From positions 1-11,214 of the forward strand of contig JBFRWI010000016.1 in the NCBI GenBank assembly GCA_051439505.1: DNA of 11,214 nt, written 5' to 3'. Numbering within the stretch: the stretch's first letter is position 1; each line of letters begins with the position of its first letter. A model generated the notes under the pieces. It had not been told where the DNA came from. It saw nothing but the letters and a program-made list of their open reading frames with translations, and did no database searches. Source of the DNA: Hormoscilla sp. (lineage in GTDB: Bacteria > Cyanobacteriota > Cyanobacteriia > Cyanobacteriales > Desertifilaceae). Of this stretch, positions 7,677 to 11,214 are shown one piece after another. Both the position numbers and the translations under genes were made by a program.

Positions 7677-9155
7677 ATGCTCTCTAATCTTAAATTATCG
7701 ATGGAAACACCAGACTGGGTTAAACAGGCCGTCTTCTACCAAATATTCCCCGATCGCTTTGCCAGAAGCCAGCAGGCCCGATGGCCGATTTCCCACAGGA
7801 CGCCTCTGGAAGCCTGGGATGGGCCTCCGACGTACCAAGGCTACAAGGGCGGAGATTTGTGGGGGGTGATGGAACAACTCGATTATATCCAGGATTTGGG
7901 GATTAATGCAATTTATTTTACTCCCATCTTCCAATCTGCCTGCAATCACCGCTACCACACTCATGATTATTACCAGGTTGACCCCTTGCTGGGAGGAAAT
8001 CAAGCTTTTATGGATTTGCTGGCGGCGGCCCACCAGCGTAATATTAAGGTGGTGCTAGATGGGGTGTTTAATCATGCTAGTCGCGGCTTTTTCTTTTTCC
8101 ATGATATCCTGGAAAATGGTCCCCATTCTCCCTGGTTGGATTGGTTTAAGGTTGAAGATTGGCCCCTGTCCGCTTATGATGGCAGTCAGCCTGCTAACTA
8201 TGTTTCTTGGGTTGGTAACCGGGCTTTGCCCCAGTTTAATCACGATCATCCTGATGTGCGTGAATATATTATGCGCATTGCCGAACATTGGCTGAAGCTG
8301 GGTATCGATGGCTGGCGTTTGGATGTCCCCGAATGCGTGGAAACTGAGGGCTTTTGGCAGGAGTTTCGTCAGCGGGTTAAGGCTATTAACCCCGATGCTT
8401 ATATTGTTGGGGAAATTTGGACCGATGCCCGCCAGTGGTTGGATGGCACCCAGTTTGATGGGGTCATGAATTATCTCTTTACTGCACCCACGATCGCTTT
8501 TACGGCGGGCGATCGCGTGGATATGGATCTGGTCCGCGATCGATCCTACGACCCCTATCCGGCCCTGGATGGGGCGGGGTATCGGGAAAAAATCGAAAAG
8601 TTGCTGGAACTTTATCCTTGGGAAATTCAACTGACCCAGTTAAATCTGCTAGATAGCCATGATACGGCCCGGTTACTGACTATTGCCCGAGGGGATAAAC
8701 TAACTGTGGAGTTGGCTACTTTACTGCTGTTTACTTTTCCGGGTGCGCCGAGTATCTTTTATGGAGATGAAGTGGGTTTGCCTGGGGCCCACGATCCGGA
8801 CTCGCGGCGGGGTTTTCCTGCTGAAACGGACTGGGATACGGATGTGTTAGCCTATCACCGCCAGTTGATTGCTTTGCGGCACAAATATCCGGCTTTGCGG
8901 ACGGGGAAGTACAGGGTTTTGTTTGCGGAGGGAATGGTTTACGTGTTTGCCCGACAACTGGGGGATGAAGAATTAATTGTGGCTGTTAATGTGGGTTCCT
9001 CAGCAGCAAATGTCAGCTTTCAGCCCGAGGGGTTGTCTTCTGTTCCCCGTCACCTATTATATGGAAAAGCAGAGATAACTTGGACGGAAGCTTCTGGTTT
9101 TCTCGGCTTACAGTTGGGGGCCCGGAGTGGTTGTATTCTTGGCATGGCTGATTAA
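7677..9155 (+). CDS. GH13 neopullulanase / cyclomaltodextrinase-like alpha-glycosidase
   Basis: TPDWVKQAVFYQIFPDRFA, GGDLWG, HRYHTHDY, VLDGVFNH, and catalytic triad in GWRLDV, VGEIW and DSHD. The true start may be the ATG at 7701. Confidence 0.93.
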   Translation: MLSNLKLSMETPDWVKQAVFYQIFPDRFARSQQARWPISHRTPLEAWDGPPTYQGYKGGDLWGVMEQLDYIQDLGINAIYFTPIFQSACNHRYHTHDYYQVDPLLGGNQAFMDLLAAAHQRNIKVVLDGVFNHASRGFFFFHDILENGPHSPWLDWFKVEDWPLSAYDGSQPANYVSWVGNRALPQFNHDHPDVREYIMRIAEHWLKLGIDGWRLDVPECVETEGFWQEFRQRVKAINPDAYIVGEIWTDARQWLDGTQFDGVMNYLFTAPTIAFTAGDRVDMDLVRDRSYDPYPALDGAGYREKIEKLLELYPWEIQLTQLNLLDSHDTARLLTIARGDKLTVELATLLLFTFPGAPSIFYGDEVGLPGAHDPDSRRGFPAETDWDTDVLAYHRQLIALRHKYPALRTGKYRVLFAEGMVYVFARQLGDEELIVAVNVGSSAANVSFQPEGLSSVPRHLLYGKAEITWTEASGFLGLQLGARSGCILGMAD

Positions 9156-9211
9156 TTTATTCCATTTGTAAAAAAGACCAGCCAAAATATTCTCGATTTG
9201 TCTCATGGCCC

Positions 9212-9261
9212 GCCGGGGGTTCAAACCCCCGGCTAATAGCTTAAGTCGGTTGAAACCGACT
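9212..9261. repeat. Twin-hairpin repeat downstream of the GH13 gene (possible terminator or RNA stabiliser)
   Basis: gccgggggt-tcaa-acccccggc (9212-9233) and agtcggtt-ga-aaccgact (9244-9261). No U-tract follows. Confidence 0.6.
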
Positions 9262-9324
9262 AATAACATTTGGGGAAAAACGGCTACAATTATTGTGCGA
9301 AAGTTCTCTAACTTCGCTGTTAGC

Positions 9325-9448
9325 CCGGGTGCATCTCACTCGATCACGGGCGAAGCATTTCGATAGGAAATCTGTCAACTTCTGACAAAACTTGTCGCCG
9401 AAATGCTTCGCCCCTACAGATAGATTTGCAAATATGAGATGCATCCGG
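9325..9448. mobile_element. 124-bp MITE-like element enclosing a REP doublet
   Basis: TIR ccgggtgcatctca (9325-9338) / tgagatgcatccgg (9435-9448), 13 of 14 positions matching. Contains a perfect 15-bp inverted repeat at 9348-9362 / 9399-9413 followed by CTAC. Confidence 0.7.
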
Positions 9449-9473
9449 ACGCATCCGGACGCATCCGGACGCA
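9441..9473. repeat. 10-bp tandem repeat (gcatccggac x3.3)
   Basis: Three exact copies plus gca, overlapping the right TIR of the MITE-like element. Confidence 0.9.
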
Positions 9474-9483
9474 CCAACATAAC

Positions 9484-9828
9484 CCAACATAACTGTAGGG
9501 GCGAAGCATTCGGGCGAGCAACTTATCTACGCAAGCGAAAGATTTATGTCCCGAATGCTTCGCCCGGCCCGTTAATGGGTGTGGTCAAAAACAGTTGGTA
9601 CGGGGAGATACTCGCGGGGTGCAGGGCGAAGCATTCGGATATAAGATCTGTAATTTATTTCATAATTGGTCGCCCGAATGCTTCGCCCCTACAAATATAT
9701 CTGCTTGCGGTCCAGATGCACTCTGAACATCAGCACCAACATAACTGTAGGGGCGAAGCATTCGGGCCAATAACTTATCTACGCAAGCGAAAAATTTATG
9801 TCCCGAATGCTTCGCCCGGCCCGTTAAT
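9484..9828. repeat. 93-bp direct repeat (9484-9576 and 9736-9828)
   Basis: Manual alignment gives 89/93 identity at an offset of 252 bp. Confidence 0.9.
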
Positions 9829-10026
9829 TGAGATATAGTCTATGACAGACGCTAATATCATCGGGATGGGACGATCGGGCGCATATGACCACGGGGTGGG
9901 CGTTTAGCGAAGCTGCGCGTTAGCGCTAGCATTCCGACAGGTAATTTATCAATTTATCTCAGAGATTGTCGCCGGAATGCTAGCTGCTGCGCAGCCGCTG
10001 CGCTAACGCCCCTACAGATATCTTTG

Positions 10027-10326
10027 CTTGTGAGAAACCGGGTTTCTGGGCCGACTTGCGGGCTAGAGATACCCGGTTTCTGCCCCCGATCGCAAACAAC
10101 TGATGAACTGACGCTCTTGACACCGGGTGTCTGGTCCGACTTGCGGGGTAGAGAAACCGGGTTTCTGCCCGAGATGGGAAACAACTGATGAACTGACTTG
10201 TGAGAAACCGGGTTTCTGGGCGGACTCACGGGGGTAGAGAAACCGGGTTTCTGCCCAAGGTCCCAAACCGATCGTGAACTGACGCTCTTGAAACCCGGTT
10301 TCTGGGCCGACTTGCGGGGTGAGAAA
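10027..10326. repeat. Tandem ~85-bp repeat array built on AGAAACCnGGTTTCT palindromes
   Basis: Units at 10027-10111, 10112-10196, 10197-10282 and partial 10283-10326. Seven palindromes start at 10033, 10067, 10118, 10152, 10203, 10238 and 10289. Confidence 0.9.
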
Positions 10327-10353
10327 ATCCATCGGACTCGGACCCCTTCCTTC

Positions 10354-11214
10354 TCACCGCCCCTGCCCCCTCCAAATCCTGATATCATAGTCATTGTTGC
10401 ATACACCCCAATTACACCCACCACCACTGACAATTGTCTGCCCATCGGGACTAAAGGCGACGCTCCAAATCCGGTCGGAATGACCAGTGAGGGTACGCAG
10501 TAACCTGCCGCTTCCCAGATTCCAAATCTTGATGGTCTTGTCCCAACTGCCACTGGCTAACAACTGTCCATCGGGACTAATGGCAACGCTCCAAATCTGG
10601 TCGGAATGGCCTTTGAGGGTACGCAGTAACCTGCCGCTTCCCAGATTCCAAATATTGATGGTATTGTCATAACTGCCACTGGCTAACAACTGCCCATCGG
10701 GACTAATGGCGACGCTAATAACATCCCTGGAATGACCAGTGAGGGTACGCAGTAACCTGCCGCTTCTCAGATTCCAAATCTTAATGGTCTTGTCGGGACC
10801 GCCACTGGCTAACAACTGCCCATCGGGACTAAAGGCGACGCTCCCAACCCAGTTGGAATGACCAGTGAGGGTGTTAGCTAGAACGTAGTTTGTGGGAGAG
10901 TAGTAGATAGGCTTGTAACTATTAATCGGAATGCCAAAAAATTCCGTTGCCCCAACCAATGGAACTCGTATGGCGAGTCCATTAATGCCCACTACATCCC
11001 CTTGCTCATCCAGTATCGGACCCCCACTCATTCCCGGTATAATAATACTTGTATGGACTAAACTATAGCCCTCCCCAGTCTTGGACTCAGTTGAGGCAAT
11101 ATTGCCATCGCGAAACCGATATTCCCGTTCTCTTTCGTCCGACGGACCTATTGTACCGACCCAACCTGAAACATATATTTTCTTTCCTACAACTAATTGA
11201 GATGAATCCCCTAA
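10354..11214 (-). CDS. Trypsin-like serine protease-WD40 repeat fusion protein (5' end lies outside the window)
   Basis: The frame is open from the window edge: LGDSSQLVVGKKIYVSGW...GYSLVHTSIIIPGMSGGPILDEQGDVVGING, with the catalytic Ser in GMSGGP, so the ATG at 11031 is internal. Four GH...SVAxSPDG...IW WD40 repeats follow. Confidence 0.9.
   Translation of the reverse strand, partial: LGDSSQLVVGKKIYVSGWVGTIGPSDEREREYRFRDGNIASTESKTGEGYSLVHTSIIIPGMSGGPILDEQGDVVGINGLAIRVPLVGATEFFGIPINSYKPIYYSPTNYVLANTLTGHSNWVGSVAFSPDGQLLASGGPDKTIKIWNLRSGRLLRTLTGHSRDVISVAISPDGQLLASGSYDNTINIWNLGSGRLLRTLKGHSDQIWSVAISPDGQLLASGSWDKTIKIWNLGSGRLLRTLTGHSDRIWSVAFSPDGQTIVSGGGCNWGVCNNDYDIRIWRGQGR
10442..10873 (-). repeat. 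126-bp intragenic tandem repeats encoding WD40 blades
   Basis: ccatcgggactaa recurs at 10442, 10568, 10694 and 10820. The units are nearly identical at the DNA level. Confidence 0.92.

Larger units (their letters stand above)
826..8516. repeat. Dispersed HIP1 octamers (GCGATCGC)
   Basis: Perfect copies start at 826, 1833, 2056, 4458, 5207, 6711, 7575 and 8509, plus many one-mismatch copies. Typical of cyanobacteria. Confidence 0.9.
9348..10015. repeat. Cluster of five GTAG-type REP doublets (REPIN/BIME-like) in alternating orientation
   Basis: 15-bp arms GGGCG(A/T)AGCATTyyG around 35-37-nt spacers, with GTAG on one side only. Units at 9348-9417 (-), 9495-9565 (+), 9624-9692 (-), 9747-9817 (+) and 9898-10015 (-, interrupted). 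Confidence 0.85.

Noticed and set aside
744..8630. Other overlapping ORFs inside dnaJ, the kinase, glgC, the exoprotein and the GH13 gene
   Set aside because: They are shadow frames of well-supported genes and show no independent motifs.
9241..9838. ORFs 9241-9480 (-) and 9392-9838 (+)
   Set aside because: They are translations of REP/MITE repeats (CRGEAFG, PNASP) with no RBS or recognisable domain.
9348..10015. CRISPR array (recurring repeat with 35-37-nt spacers)
   Set aside because: The repeats are inverted pairs rather than direct repeats, the spacers are homologous to each other, the period is irregular, and no cas gene is present.
10027..10326. CRISPR array or type III antitoxin RNA array
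   Set aside because: The sequences between palindromes are themselves repeated, so there are no unique spacers, and no cas or ToxN-like gene is adjacent.
9954..10672. ORFs 9954-10553, 10063-10332, 10288-10503 and 10487-10672
   Set aside because: They are off-frame or antisense to the WD40 gene, or read through the palindrome array (QKPGF/ETRFL/RNPVS are the three frames of one repeat).
10354..10873. Diversity-generating retroelement target
   Set aside because: No reverse transcriptase or template repeat is in the window, and the differences between repeats are not confined to adenine positions.
11029..11031. ATG at 11031 as the start of a 225-aa WD40 protein
   Set aside because: This Met lies within the GMSGGP catalytic motif, and the frame stays open with protease-like sequence to the window edge.

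Overview
Cyanobacterial DNA: at least 8 perfect HIP1 GCGATCGC sites, heptamer STRRs and GTAG-type REP doublets, with a repeat style that suggests a filamentous taxon. Left to right: an AhpC/TSA redoxin (+); a 152-bp MITE-like element; then, on the minus strand, a type II DnaJ/CbpA-like chaperone, an AAA_33-like P-loop kinase and glgC. Next is a ~0.9-kb patch of gene debris: a frameshifted and truncated nrtS, an intact orphan antitoxin-like gene and a 21-codon xisH stump (the ORF track misses both fragments). Then come a TpsA/filamentous-haemagglutinin-type exoprotein (-) and a GH13 neopullulanase-like glycosidase (+). A ~1.1-kb non-coding zone of nested palindromic repeats follows, and the window ends inside a trypsin-like protease-WD40 fusion gene (-). 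The two most unusual signals are (i) a REP doublet with a different 24-nt mini-hairpin element inserted at the same position of each arm and (ii) near-identical WD40 repeats whose variation is concentrated in two codon blocks. No complete novel multi-gene system can be demonstrated from this window alone. Family assignments come from recalled motifs, not database searches.
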